Shown: piece after piece, positions 1 through 9,388 of the stretch
How positions within the stretch are numbered: position 1 is the first letter of the stretch
Layout: the number at the start of each line of letters is the position of its first letter
Assembly: GCA_963764165.1 (NCBI GenBank)
Contig: CAVXRD010000002.1
Span: 352,001-416,000 of the forward strand
Direction of reading: 5' to 3'
From: an uncultured Verrucomicrobiae bacterium
Lineage (GTDB): Bacteria; Verrucomicrobiota; Verrucomicrobiia; Limisphaerales; Palsa-1400
Length of the DNA: 64,000 nt
Position numbers and translations under genes: made by a program
The notes under the pieces: generated by a model
Databases searched by the model: none
Seen by the model: only the letters and a program-made list of their open reading frames with translations
What the model was told of the DNA's origin: nothing

Positions 1-1395
1 GCCGCGATAGCGGATGGCCGTCGCGCCGCTTTCCGCGCTGTCCTCCGCCCCTTCCACCGAGCGCCACAAGGCCGTCTGGCCACCAGCGATGATTCCCTGC
101 ACCCACTCCGGCGGGACGCGAAAAGTCGGCGGGCATTCCGAGGCATCGAGCACACCCAGGCGCCCGCTTGTGCCGGCGCCGACATAAATCACCCGGCCGC
201 CCTTTTTGAGCGATGCCACAATCAAATTGACGCCCTTGGCAATTTTAGCGCGCTCGGCAAAAATTGCTTTGCCAATTCCAGACTCCTCTTCGATCATCAA
301 TTCAACCGCTTTGCTGACGGGGAGGCGGTCGAGTTTGAGCGAGCGCGGATTGCGTTGTTCCGTCGGCGAAAGATCGCGCGACTTCGGAACGATGATGCCG
401 TCCAGTATGGCCTCATGCGCCTTGGAAGAGATCTTCGCCCCGGCGGCAAAATGGCTTCGCGCCAATTCCAACGCGCCGCGCGCGCTCTCGCCTTCCAGCG
501 GCGCGATGGTTGCCATGGGCCGGAGTTTGCGGATTTCTGCGCCGACATTTTTTGCAAACCCGGGTTGCTGCAGCAGCACGCTCCCCGCCAAAACGAATTG
601 GACCGGCGCACCGGGCTTCACCAATTTTTTCGCGCAGCTTGCGGCGTCCCGGGCCAGCGAGTCGGCGGCGCCCTTCAAAATATCCCTGGCAATTCTGTCG
701 CCTTTGGCGGCGGCGTTGAAAACTTGAATGGCGAGAATCGCGATTTCTGGTTTTTCGGCCGTTTTGACCCAGTCAATCAAATCTTCCGGCTCGTTCAACA
801 GCAGGGCTTGGAGGATGTTCTGCCCGAGCGCCGACCATTCGCCATCACGGTCGAGGTAATACACCGCTGCCTTGAGCCCGCGCAGCCCAATTTCATAGCC
901 GCTGCCCTTGTCGCCAAGAATATGGCCCCACCCACCGACGCGCGCCGTCTCGCCAGAGGCCGCGCGGCCATAACAACACGAGCCGGTGCCGCTGAGAATA
1001 AGCACCTGGGCGGCGGGTTGCTTTTTGCCGTCGAGGGTGGCGGCCGCCAGCGCGGTTTCGAGATCGTTGGTGGCGTAACACGGCACGCCGGGCCAAATCT
1101 TGGCCGCGGCGGCGCGGATGCGTTCGCGATCCGCTTCCGTTCGCGCCCCCGCCATGCCGATGGCCATGCCACCAAGCGGCTGGCCGGCCTTTGCGCTCAG
1201 CGCCGAGATTCCTTTGAAATGCTCGAGCAGCGCAACGTCGTCCAGCAGCCGGAGATTGGCCGGGCCGAAGTCGGCGCGCAGGCAATTTTGCCCGCCGGCA
1301 AGGGCGAGGAGCGCGGTGGAATGAGTGCCGCCGCATTCGATTCCGAGGAGCGCCGGCGAGTCGTTGGAACACTTCTTCCGCAAATTTGTAGTCAC
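1..1395 (-). CDS. murQ: BadF/BadG-type sugar kinase fused to N-acetylmuramic acid 6-phosphate etherase (3' end outside window)
   Basis: Absent from the ORF track because it runs off the edge. Manual minus-strand translation gives GTG at 1395, N-terminal LLGIECGGTHS (BadF/NagK phosphate loop) and, in the same frame, GGRVIYVGAGTSGRLGVLDASECPPTF...GIIAGG...VEGAED (MurQ signature). Confidence 0.9.
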   Translation of the reverse strand, partial: MTTNLRKKCSNDSPALLGIECGGTHSTALLALAGGQNCLRADFGPANLRLLDDVALLEHFKGISALSAKAGQPLGGMAIGMAGARTEADRERIRAAAAKIWPGVPCYATNDLETALAAATLDGKKQPAAQVLILSGTGSCCYGRAASGETARVGGWGHILGDKGSGYEIGLRGLKAAVYYLDRDGEWSALGQNILQALLLNEPEDLIDWVKTAEKPEIAILAIQVFNAAAKGDRIARDILKGAADSLARDAASCAKKLVKPGAPVQFVLAGSVLLQQPGFAKNVGAEIRKLRPMATIAPLEGESARGALELARSHFAAGAKISSKAHEAILDGIIVPKSRDLSPTEQRNPRSLKLDRLPVSKAVELMIEEESGIGKAIFAERAKIAKGVNLIVASLKKGGRVIYVGAGTSGRLGVLDASECPPTFRVPPEWVQGIIAGGQTALWRSVEGAEDSAESGATAIRYRG

Positions 1396-1484
1396 TGAAT
1401 TTTTCAGGGTGGGCATCATGTAGCACGCCCGAATTTTTTTTACCATGCTTTTTCGCGACCCGGGCATATATTTGAGTCTAAGTA

Positions 1485-1565
1485 AGGTAGGGACGGCTCG
1501 CCGAGCCGTCCGGTTGCGCGTGGATAACACAACGGCCCGGACGCCTCGGCGAGGCGTCCCTACCT
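1485..1565. repeat. GTAG-type REP doublet (inverted pair)
   Basis: GGTAGGGACGGCTCGCCGAGCCGTCC ... GGACGCCTCGGCGAGGCGTCCCTACC. Each unit is a hairpin with a GTAG foot. Same family at 9973-9999 and 51337-51510. Confidence 0.85.
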
Positions 1566-1584
1566 CAAACCACAAAAGAACGCC

Positions 1585-1803
1585 ATGACGCAGACGGAAC
1601 AGGAAATTCTCGACACGCTGGTCAAGCTGGAGGACGCGGCGGGGCGGATGGCCACCAGCCAGCCGAAACCGGACCTTCGCCCGCTTTTCAAGCGCCTCGA
1701 CGAACTGGCCGCGCAATTGCCCGCCGATGCGCCCGGGGATTTGCGCCATTATTTGCAGCGCAAGAGCTACCAAAAAGCCCGTGCCTTCCTCCAGGAACGA
1801 TAA
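1585..1803 (+). CDS. small hypothetical protein (72 aa)
   Basis: ATG start, helical protein-like composition (DLRHYLQRKSYQKA), fills the gap before mnmE. Confidence 0.7.
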   Translation: MTQTEQEILDTLVKLEDAAGRMATSQPKPDLRPLFKRLDELAAQLPADAPGDLRHYLQRKSYQKARAFLQER

Positions 1804-1819
1804 CATTGCGACTTCGGCG

Positions 1820-3178
1820 CTGACGGACACCATCGCCGCCATCGCCACTCCGCTGGGGCAAGGTGGGATTGCGATGATCCGGCTCTCCGGGCCAAATTCC
1901 CTCGCCATTGCGGATGCGGCATTCGAGCCGCTCGGCCAGTCCGCAAAACCGAGTGCCGCGCCATCGCATACGATTCATTACGGACGCATTATCCGCGGCG
2001 GGCGCGTGATTGACGAAGTTCTTCTCGGCGTCATGCGCGCACCGCGGACGTTCACGCGAGAAGACGTGGTGGAAATCACCTGCCATGGCGGCTTGCTGCC
2101 CGCAAAGCTGACGCTCGACGCCATTTTGGAAAGCGGCGCGCGGCTGGCCGCTCCCGGAGAATTTACCCGACGCGCCTTTCTCAACGGCCGCATCGATTTG
2201 ACACAAGCAGAAGCTGTTGCGGACATTATCAGTTCGCGCACGGAACTGGCCGCCACCGCCGCCGCCGAGCAATTGGCCGGCACGCTTTCGCGGCGCATCA
2301 ATGCATTGCGCGACGAATTGATGAAGTCGCTCGCTCACATCGAGGCGCACATCGATTTTCCCGACGAAGATATTGCGCCTGACACGCGCGAAAAACTTGT
2401 TAACCGCTTGCAGACCGCGTTGGCGAGCATGGACGAATTGCTGCGCACAGCCAACGAAGGGCGCGTTTTGCGGCGCGGCGTTCGCGCGGCAATTCTGGGC
2501 CGGCCAAACGTCGGCAAATCGAGTTTGCTCAATCAGCTTTTGGGGCGCGACCGGGCCATCGTTTCGCCCATTCCGGGAACGACGCGCGACACGATTGAAG
2601 AGACGGCGAACATTCGCGGCATCCCCGTCGTTTTTATTGACACGGCGGGCTTGCGCGACACCGAGGATGAAATCGAGGCGGAAGGCGTCCGCCGCACGCG
2701 CGCGACGGCGGCCTCCGCGGAATTATTGATTCACGTGCTGGATGCTTCCGAAACGCTGGGCGAATGGGACGAATCCTTGCTGAGGGAATCGGCCGCCCGC
2801 AAGCGACTGCTCGTGTGCAACAAGGCCGACCTTTCACGCCGCCTCGAACTGCCCGGCGAATGGGAGTCCCTCGATGTTTGCTGCCTGACTGGAACCGGGG
2901 TCGAGGAATTAAAGGATGCCATTCGGGCGGCGGTTGTTTCCGGGGAGATTGAGGCGGAAATGCTGCAAGTCATGATCAACTCACGCCACGAGGATGCGCT
3001 GCGCCGGGCGCGGGCTGGCACGGACAACGCGGCGATTGGATTGCGCTCGAACATGGGATTGGAGCTGGTTGCCTTTGATTTGCGCATCGCCGTCCAGGCG
3101 GTCGGCGAAATTGTCGGCAAGACGGCGACGGAAGATTTGCTTGACTCGATCTTCAGCCAGTTTTGCATCGGCAAATGA
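1820..3178 (+). CDS. mnmE: tRNA modification GTPase MnmE/TrmE (start uncertain)
   Basis: DTIAAIATP, GEFTRRAFLNGRIDLTQAEA, GRPNVGKSS, DTAGLR, C-terminal FCIGK. No in-frame ATG/GTG near the conserved N-terminus; CTG 1820 or ATT 1805 are candidates. Confidence 0.95.
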   Translation: MTDTIAAIATPLGQGGIAMIRLSGPNSLAIADAAFEPLGQSAKPSAAPSHTIHYGRIIRGGRVIDEVLLGVMRAPRTFTREDVVEITCHGGLLPAKLTLDAILESGARLAAPGEFTRRAFLNGRIDLTQAEAVADIISSRTELAATAAAEQLAGTLSRRINALRDELMKSLAHIEAHIDFPDEDIAPDTREKLVNRLQTALASMDELLRTANEGRVLRRGVRAAILGRPNVGKSSLLNQLLGRDRAIVSPIPGTTRDTIEETANIRGIPVVFIDTAGLRDTEDEIEAEGVRRTRATAASAELLIHVLDASETLGEWDESLLRESAARKRLLVCNKADLSRRLELPGEWESLDVCCLTGTGVEELKDAIRAAVVSGEIEAEMLQVMINSRHEDALRRARAGTDNAAIGLRSNMGLELVAFDLRIAVQAVGEIVGKTATEDLLDSIFSQFCIGK

Positions 3179-3927
3179 GCGGAGCAACCGTCCAAAACGA
3201 CTTCGTCGCAAGTGCGCGCCGCGAAATTCTGGCACACGGCATCGTGCCTGACGCTCTGCTCGCCCGCGATTTCGACACGCCCGCATTCGGCTTCAATCTC
3301 GCCTGCGCGTGGCCGCTGCCCTCCTCCGCCAAAGCGAGCTACGAGCAATTGGCCGAACGCCTGCGCGCTCTTGGGCCGGAAGTTTACATTTACCCTGCCT
3401 GGCAAATTCATGTGACCATTGCCACTTTCATCAATTTCACCCTGCACAAAAACATCGCGCCAGAGAGGAAGACGCAATTGGAGTCACTCATGCCACCCGT
3501 CAAAGAGATGCTCAGAGATGTGGTGAAAATTGCGCCGTTTGAATTGGTTTTTGGCAAGCCGGTGCTGACGCGCAAAGCCGCCATCCTTCCCATTACTGAT
3601 TCAGCAGGCGCAATTTCTCACATAAGGCAAAAAATTCGGGAGGAGCTGGCGGGTGATGCGGCGTTGAGCGCGGAACTGAATCGCGGCGGCATTAACATTC
3701 CCGGGATTGTTCACACCACCATCATGCGATTCCAATCCACGCCGTCGAATCTTCCAAAATTCCTGGCTGAATTCGACGAGGTGGCGGCGGAGACCCAGCC
3801 ATTCCCCGTCGCCATCGACGAATTATTGATGACAACCGAGACAAAGATTTACATGCGCGAAGGGGAAATTGCGCACCGGTTTCCGCTGAGCGAAAGGCTC
3901 CGCAGCGACAATGAAAATTTGTTTTAA
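3175..3927 (+). CDS. 2H-phosphoesterase (2'-5' RNA ligase-like) family protein
   Basis: Two H-x-T motifs (IHVTI, VHTTI). ATG 3175 overlaps the mnmE stop (ATGA). Confidence 0.65.
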   Translation: MSGATVQNDFVASARREILAHGIVPDALLARDFDTPAFGFNLACAWPLPSSAKASYEQLAERLRALGPEVYIYPAWQIHVTIATFINFTLHKNIAPERKTQLESLMPPVKEMLRDVVKIAPFELVFGKPVLTRKAAILPITDSAGAISHIRQKIREELAGDAALSAELNRGGINIPGIVHTTIMRFQSTPSNLPKFLAEFDEVAAETQPFPVAIDELLMTTETKIYMREGEIAHRFPLSERLRSDNENLF

Positions 3928-4029
3928 AGATCTTAACAGAAGCACGCGAAGAGCACGAAGAAGGAACAAAACTCAATTTGCGCCCTGCTCATTTCGCCCC
4001 CTTTGCGTCCTTTGTAAGCTTCTGTTGGC
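3927..4029. repeat. imperfect palindromic intergenic repeat with 9-nt periodicity (AACAGAAG family)
   Basis: AAGATCTTAACAGAAGCACGCGAAG...CTTTGTAAGCTTCTGTTGGC. Inverted homolog at 47739-47830, half copies at ~7168-7190 and ~29515-29547. Confidence 0.65.
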
Positions 4030-4085
4030 ACTGCTTTGAGTTGCCTGTTTGATTTGACACGCATTGGATTCAGCCCGAGCTGCGC

Positions 4086-7000
4086 CTACCTGTTTTCAGG
4101 TTTGACAAATTTGAACAGCGGGACGGGATCCTTTTGCACCTGGTAGCCTCCAAAAGCATATTCCCCAACCCACAGGTTTGGCCCGCCTAGAAGGTGGCGG
4201 ATTTTTTGGACGCCAATTTTCCAACGGTCGCCGAGGTCGGGATGCCGAAGCTGGCGGAAGTCCGTGCCCCAAATCCACAGGGAGCCGTCCGATTTTTGAC
4301 CAATGACGGAACCGAAGCTGCCCCAGACGTCCGCCCAATCCGAATCCGTTCCAATTCGCTGGCGTGGCCCCAGCGAGGCGCTCGTCATCGGCCAACTGGA
4401 AATTCTCCTCCACAGCGTTCCGTCCGGATGAACTTCAAATAACGCGGGCTGCCAGTTTGCAGTCATGACCTGGCCCATCACGGGCTTGAAACTGGCTGAA
4501 AGCAACTGGCCGACGGCGGCAATCGGTGCGTCTGGCCCAGGAAGTCTCGCGGGCGGCCAAAAGCTCCACCACTCACCGGCGCCGTTGAGCAAGAAGCTGG
4601 CACCGCCGCTCATTCCGACCCAGTTTGATTCCAGACAAGCCTGCGTGGGGACGAAATTCGTGGATTGCGACCAAACTCCCGCGCTAAAATAGTTAAACAG
4701 GCCCCATGTCCACAAGGTTCCGTCGTCGCGAATGGCAAGAATTCCGTAGCTGGCCGCGCCAAGAACCTTCCAATCGTGCCGGTCGCCGATTTGCGTGATG
4801 TCATGTGTCACGGGGACAAAATTGGTTTGGTAGGTGGGGCGAGGAGGCTTCCCACCCTTCCAAAAAAACGAAGATCGATTTGTCACGATGGAACCGATTT
4901 TCGGAGCATCGACACCTAATCCAAGCTGGCCGCGGTCATTCTTGCCCCACCCCCAGAGCGTTCCATCCCTTTTTCGGGCAATTCCAAAATCGTTGCCAAT
5001 CCTCGCTTCGCTCCAATCCCGATTCGTTCCCAGTTGGACCGGCTCGGATTGGAAATTTGTCCAATGCCATAAAGTCCCATCGGTGCGGACACCAAGCCCA
5101 TCCTGGACTCCCATCGAGACCGAAGCCCAATCGTGGTTCGTGCCCACTTGCACGGGTTCAGAGGGAGTGGCACGCTCCCCATAATTAGAACGCGTCCAGC
5201 GCCACAACGTTCCATCCGGCAGGATGAACGAAATATCACGCTGGCCCCAGAACAGGCGCACGGGGCCGTTGCTTTGGCCCAGTGGCACGACGAGTGGCGG
5301 CGGAGGAACGACACGCAAGGCGCGGTTCAACAAAAACACTCCCAGCCCCAGCACGATCAAGGCTATTGCCGCCCGCCTGACAACGCGGCGGAATGGCATC
5401 CTCGACTTTGGTTTTTCCGCCGCTTTGGCCAGCGCAATCGCCGCCGCCTCTCCTTCGGTTGCGGAAAGCGCGAGCGGGCGGAAAGCAGTTTGCATCCGCC
5501 GCCGCGCCTTCCGCCAGCAAATCGCGTCAATCGCAATTCCAATCGCCAGCCACCAGGCTATGTCATATCCCAGCGGCGGCTCCCATTCGTCGCGGAAAAA
5601 GAACAGCACCACCAGGCGCGTTCCATAGGCGACGGCGCCAAAAATAATCCACGGCAGAGATAAAATCAGGGCCGTCGATTTTCCGGTGGCCCGCGAATGG
5701 GTCTTTTCTTTGAGCGACGACGCCATCGCCACCCATCCAATGGTCAGCATGTCCACCACCAGCATTAGAATTCCAGCGAACATCAGCCAGCGAAAAGTCA
5801 TAACCTCGTCGCGGTGCGGATTGCGGACGAGGGTAAACATCAAAATGACCTCTACGACGACCGTTACAACAACGGGTCTGAGAAATTGCCGCCGCAGCGC
5901 GTCCCATTGTCCTCGCAAGATTTCGCCTGTCGTCAATGGCGTCGAAAGGAGCAGTTCGAATGCGCCAGAACGCTTGTCCTCGGCCAATTGATGCCCTGCT
6001 TCCGAGATCATCCAAAATTTCAGCAATCCATTCAGGAGGAACGCGTAGAATAGGTTCGAGGCCTCATCGATATGGCCAATGAGGTGGACCGTGAGAAGCC
6101 ACAAACCCCCGAGGCCCAGCATCGCCAGCCACACGTAGCGTCCTTTTGTATGGGGCCGCGCGGTCAGCCAAAGATAGGCGTCGATGTCGAGCATCCGCTT
6201 GCGGAAGGCGCGCGCGGCGGCGGCTCTGCCCTCGCGCCACCAGCGGCGGCGGTGCTGGCTTGCCATCCGCTTCACAGTTTGGGGTGTCATCGGTTTGTCC
6301 TGCCACGAAGTCGGCGCAATCTGGCTCGCCTTTCGGATCAAGACCAGCGACCAGCAAAAAATAAGCATGAGCGAGCGCCAGAAGTGTTCCGGAGCCCCTC
6401 TGTATTGAGTGGCAAAACTGTGGACATAAGTGTAGACAGGGCACGGGTAGAGGAAGAAATCGCCAGTCGCGCTCGCGAGCGCGGAAAAAAACCAAGCCGC
6501 AGGACTTGAGAACGGGTGAAACGGATTGTGCCCGAGCGCGGAAATGATTGCCCACAGCAGCGGCGGCGCGGCCGCAAACAACAACATCAGCCCAAAATTC
6601 GCCCCCATCGACCGTTCGTGCTCTTTGCAAAGGGCTGAGGCGTAGATTCCGATTGAAGTGGAGAAAAGGAAGGTGGTGAGGAGCACGGCCACCATCCGCC
6701 AGAATTCGCCGCCGGTCATTCCGCCGGCCAGCAGCGGCACGGCCATCAGCGGGAACACGGCAAGAAGCCCATAAAGCCCGTTGAGCGAGGTGGCGGCCAT
6801 CTTGCCGAGGACGACGTCGTAGCCCGTCAAATCTGTCAAGAATAACAATCCAAACGTCCCATCGCGCTTCTCCTTGCTGAGGCAATCGGCGGTTGAGACC
6901 CGCCCGGCCACCAGGCAATAGAGCATGCAAATGGCTGAAAGAGTGTAAAATAAATTCCTCCCGATGGCCACCGTTGGATCAAAGGCGCTGATGCAAGCCA

Positions 7001-7112
7001 AGACGCCAAAGGCGACCGTGGCCGCGCCCGCAATTTGAAGGCGCATCATGAACGTTCCGCGCCGCCTTGAGGCCACGCGCAATTCCCGCTCAACGATGGG
7101 AAGAAAGGTCAT
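4086..7112 (-). CDS. ABC-2-type permease-like membrane protein fused to a C-terminal RCC1-repeat domain
   Basis: MTFLPIVERELRVASRR, two EKRxGxxxLLxxTxL motifs, many TM segments. C-terminal DGTLWxWG, GQLGLG and QIG.D.DW RCC1-like repeats. Confidence 0.8.
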   Translation of the reverse strand: MTFLPIVERELRVASRRRGTFMMRLQIAGAATVAFGVLACISAFDPTVAIGRNLFYTLSAICMLYCLVAGRVSTADCLSKEKRDGTFGLLFLTDLTGYDVVLGKMAATSLNGLYGLLAVFPLMAVPLLAGGMTGGEFWRMVAVLLTTFLFSTSIGIYASALCKEHERSMGANFGLMLLFAAAPPLLWAIISALGHNPFHPFSSPAAWFFSALASATGDFFLYPCPVYTYVHSFATQYRGAPEHFWRSLMLIFCWSLVLIRKASQIAPTSWQDKPMTPQTVKRMASQHRRRWWREGRAAAARAFRKRMLDIDAYLWLTARPHTKGRYVWLAMLGLGGLWLLTVHLIGHIDEASNLFYAFLLNGLLKFWMISEAGHQLAEDKRSGAFELLLSTPLTTGEILRGQWDALRRQFLRPVVVTVVVEVILMFTLVRNPHRDEVMTFRWLMFAGILMLVVDMLTIGWVAMASSLKEKTHSRATGKSTALILSLPWIIFGAVAYGTRLVVLFFFRDEWEPPLGYDIAWWLAIGIAIDAICWRKARRRMQTAFRPLALSATEGEAAAIALAKAAEKPKSRMPFRRVVRRAAIALIVLGLGVFLLNRALRVVPPPPLVVPLGQSNGPVRLFWGQRDISFILPDGTLWRWTRSNYGERATPSEPVQVGTNHDWASVSMGVQDGLGVRTDGTLWHWTNFQSEPVQLGTNRDWSEARIGNDFGIARKRDGTLWGWGKNDRGQLGLGVDAPKIGSIVTNRSSFFWKGGKPPRPTYQTNFVPVTHDITQIGDRHDWKVLGAASYGILAIRDDGTLWTWGLFNYFSAGVWSQSTNFVPTQACLESNWVGMSGGASFLLNGAGEWWSFWPPARLPGPDAPIAAVGQLLSASFKPVMGQVMTANWQPALFEVHPDGTLWRRISSWPMTSASLGPRQRIGTDSDWADVWGSFGSVIGQKSDGSLWIWGTDFRQLRHPDLGDRWKIGVQKIRHLLGGPNLWVGEYAFGGYQVQKDPVPLFKFVKPENR

Positions 7113-7205
7113 TCCTGGCTCGCGAGATTTTCGCCCTGACGCGACAGCATGTCAACTATTGACAAAGAGCCAACAGAAGGAAACAAAGGCGGGCAAACTG
7201 CGCCA

Positions 7206-7387
7206 GATTTAATCAGGAACGGCCGAACTCAGGAACGGAGGCCCCAGGGCATTTTCCACGCGATGGGAACGATGCGAGTCAGGGGAAATATGCCGGTGGC
7301 AAACACGTCCGCTGGACCACGAATAAAAGGGGTGCGCGAAATCAACTTCAGCCTCTTTTCCTGAGTTCGGTCCTTCCTGATTAAATC
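7206..7387. repeat. 182-bp element bounded by 30-bp inverted repeats (MITE/REP-like)
   Basis: GATTTAATCAGGAACGGCCGAACTCAGGAA (7206-7235) vs TTCCTGAGTTCGGTCCTTCCTGATTAAATC (7358-7387), 2 mismatches. Another right-end copy at 29869-29902. Confidence 0.75.
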
Positions 7388-7407
7388 ACTCCCCTCCCCT
7401 TCCGGTC

Positions 7408-7524
7408 TCAGGGAGCCACGAAGGTGCGATAGAGGACGTAAAGGACGGCCCCTTCCGCCGCCACAAACAAACCAAAGGACAGCGGCGGCAGAACGCGAGT
7501 TCGGATAAACTCAATTATTTGCAT
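7408..7524 (-). CDS. putative 38-aa single-pass membrane peptide
   Basis: Manual translation MQIIEFIRTRVLPPLSFGLFVAAEGAVLYVLYRTFVAP*. Below the ORF-track cutoff, downstream of lnt. Confidence 0.4.
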   Translation of the reverse strand: MQIIEFIRTRVLPPLSFGLFVAAEGAVLYVLYRTFVAP

Positions 7525-7623
7525 AAACCGACCTATGATTGCAATCATAGCACGAACAATGCCAATGACAAGGGCAATTCTGACCATCAGTAGTGCGCTT
7601 GGGAGAGACTCGAAAGAATCTGA

Positions 7624-9312
7624 TCAGATCTCGACAGGGTCTCGCCCCACCCATTGGGAACGCCTGAAACTGAGCAGAAGCACCCAGCCGGCGATGCCCG
7701 AGCACGTCCACGCGAAGACGTCGCCATGCCGGGTGTAATAGGTCATGCCGCGGTTTTCCGCGCTGCGCAGCGGAATCGCGGGCGTCAGATAGCCTGGCCC
7801 GTAAATGTCGTTCCCTTGGTGCAAATATTCGCGGAGGCGGCCGGCGGAATCGATCCAGCACGTCAAACCATTATTGGAGCAGCGCAGGAGCGGGACGCCA
7901 TTTTCGACCGCCCGAAACACCGCCCCGGCCGCCTGCTGCTTTTGCTCGGCGCCAGCTCCGAACCAGCCATCGTTTGTCAGGTTGATGAGAAAATCCGTGT
8001 CACCATCGACGTGCTCGCGCGCTTCCTGCGGGAACATATCCTCGAAGCAAATCAGCACTGATGTTCGCGCCGAGAGGCCCGTCAAATCGAACGGCACCGC
8101 CCGGTCGCCCGCCGTAAAACCGCTGCCGATGGGAGTCAGGATTTTCAGGAACGGCAGCCAGCGCACAAGCGGAATGTACTCGCCAAAAATGACCAGACGC
8201 CGTTTGTGGTAGGTGGCCTGAAGGTGCGCCTCCGGATCAATCAGCAGGCTGGCATTGTAAGCCGCCTCCTCCCCTGACGGAAGCGCCTCCTCGGAATCGC
8301 CGCAGAGAATCAGCCACGCCGAATGATCCGCCAGCAATTCCCGAATGCTCCGCCGAATCAACTCGCCGACAGTCGCTTCGTCCTGGGGGCCGTAATCGGG
8401 CAGCGCGGATTCCGGCCACAAAATAAGGCGGGGCTTCTCAGCCAGCGCTTTCCGCGACAACTCAAGGACTTTCAGGAAACCATTCGTATTCTCTTTCGGA
8501 TCCCAGATTAATGTCTGCGGAATGCTGGGCTGGATGAGTGCGACTTTTATTTCGCGCTCCGGCTTCGGAATGCGGTCGCCAACTTTCAACATCCCGTAGG
8601 CGCCATCGCAAGCCACCGCCAAGAGCGGAAGAAATGCCTGGCTCCAGATTGAGATGGTGGAGGGCTTGCGCCACAAGCCGACGAGCGCGCTGGCAATGGC
8701 AACGGAGAACCACGCCATCAAGAACGAGACGCCGTAAACGCCCGTCACCGACGCCATTTGAATCAACGGCAGCATGGCGGATTGCGAGTTGCCCAAATAA
8801 TTCCACGGGAATCCGCTGAGGAACAAGCCGCGCATGAGTTCCAGCCCCACCCACCCTGCCCCGCACACCAACGCCCACTGCACCCGCCGCAGTCCAGCCG
8901 CAGCGAGAAATTCATCCGCCCGCTGCGTCAACGATAATTCCGCGCCGCCGGGTTTCACCGGAAAAATCCGCCAGGAAAACCACACCCACAATCCAAAATA
9001 GATTCCGCAATACCCGCTCAACGCGATCCAGGCGAGCCCGGGCGCGATCGGTATTCCGTGCCAGGCAAATGGCATGGCCAGCAGCCAGTAAATGGAACTC
9101 AGAAAATGAACTGTCCCTCCAAAAAAACCGATCCTGAAAGCGCGCCAGCCGCGTTCGCCCAGCGCGGCGAAAAGAAGCAAGCCTGGCCCCGCCCAGGCCG
9201 CGCCGGCAATTTCCCACGGGGAGAACCCGGCGCTCATCATCAAGCCGGCCAATGCCGCCAGACCATAACGCGCCTTCACCGGCCATCTTGACTGAGAATT
9301 TTTCGATGCCAC
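7624..9312 (-). CDS. lnt: apolipoprotein N-acyltransferase
   Basis: GFPWNYLG, WPESA, YHKRRLVIFGEYIP, LICFED, TNDGWFG, RAVENG (nitrilase E-K-C triad). Confidence 0.95.
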   Translation of the reverse strand: MASKNSQSRWPVKARYGLAALAGLMMSAGFSPWEIAGAAWAGPGLLLFAALGERGWRAFRIGFFGGTVHFLSSIYWLLAMPFAWHGIPIAPGLAWIALSGYCGIYFGLWVWFSWRIFPVKPGGAELSLTQRADEFLAAAGLRRVQWALVCGAGWVGLELMRGLFLSGFPWNYLGNSQSAMLPLIQMASVTGVYGVSFLMAWFSVAIASALVGLWRKPSTISIWSQAFLPLLAVACDGAYGMLKVGDRIPKPEREIKVALIQPSIPQTLIWDPKENTNGFLKVLELSRKALAEKPRLILWPESALPDYGPQDEATVGELIRRSIRELLADHSAWLILCGDSEEALPSGEEAAYNASLLIDPEAHLQATYHKRRLVIFGEYIPLVRWLPFLKILTPIGSGFTAGDRAVPFDLTGLSARTSVLICFEDMFPQEAREHVDGDTDFLINLTNDGWFGAGAEQKQQAAGAVFRAVENGVPLLRCSNNGLTCWIDSAGRLREYLHQGNDIYGPGYLTPAIPLRSAENRGMTYYTRHGDVFAWTCSGIAGWVLLLSFRRSQWVGRDPVEI

Positions 9313-9388
9313 AAAAACGCCGCCATTATGTTTCCGCGGAAATCGAAAGCGAGTTTACATTTGACGGCCGCCAGCCCATCCTTTGCCA

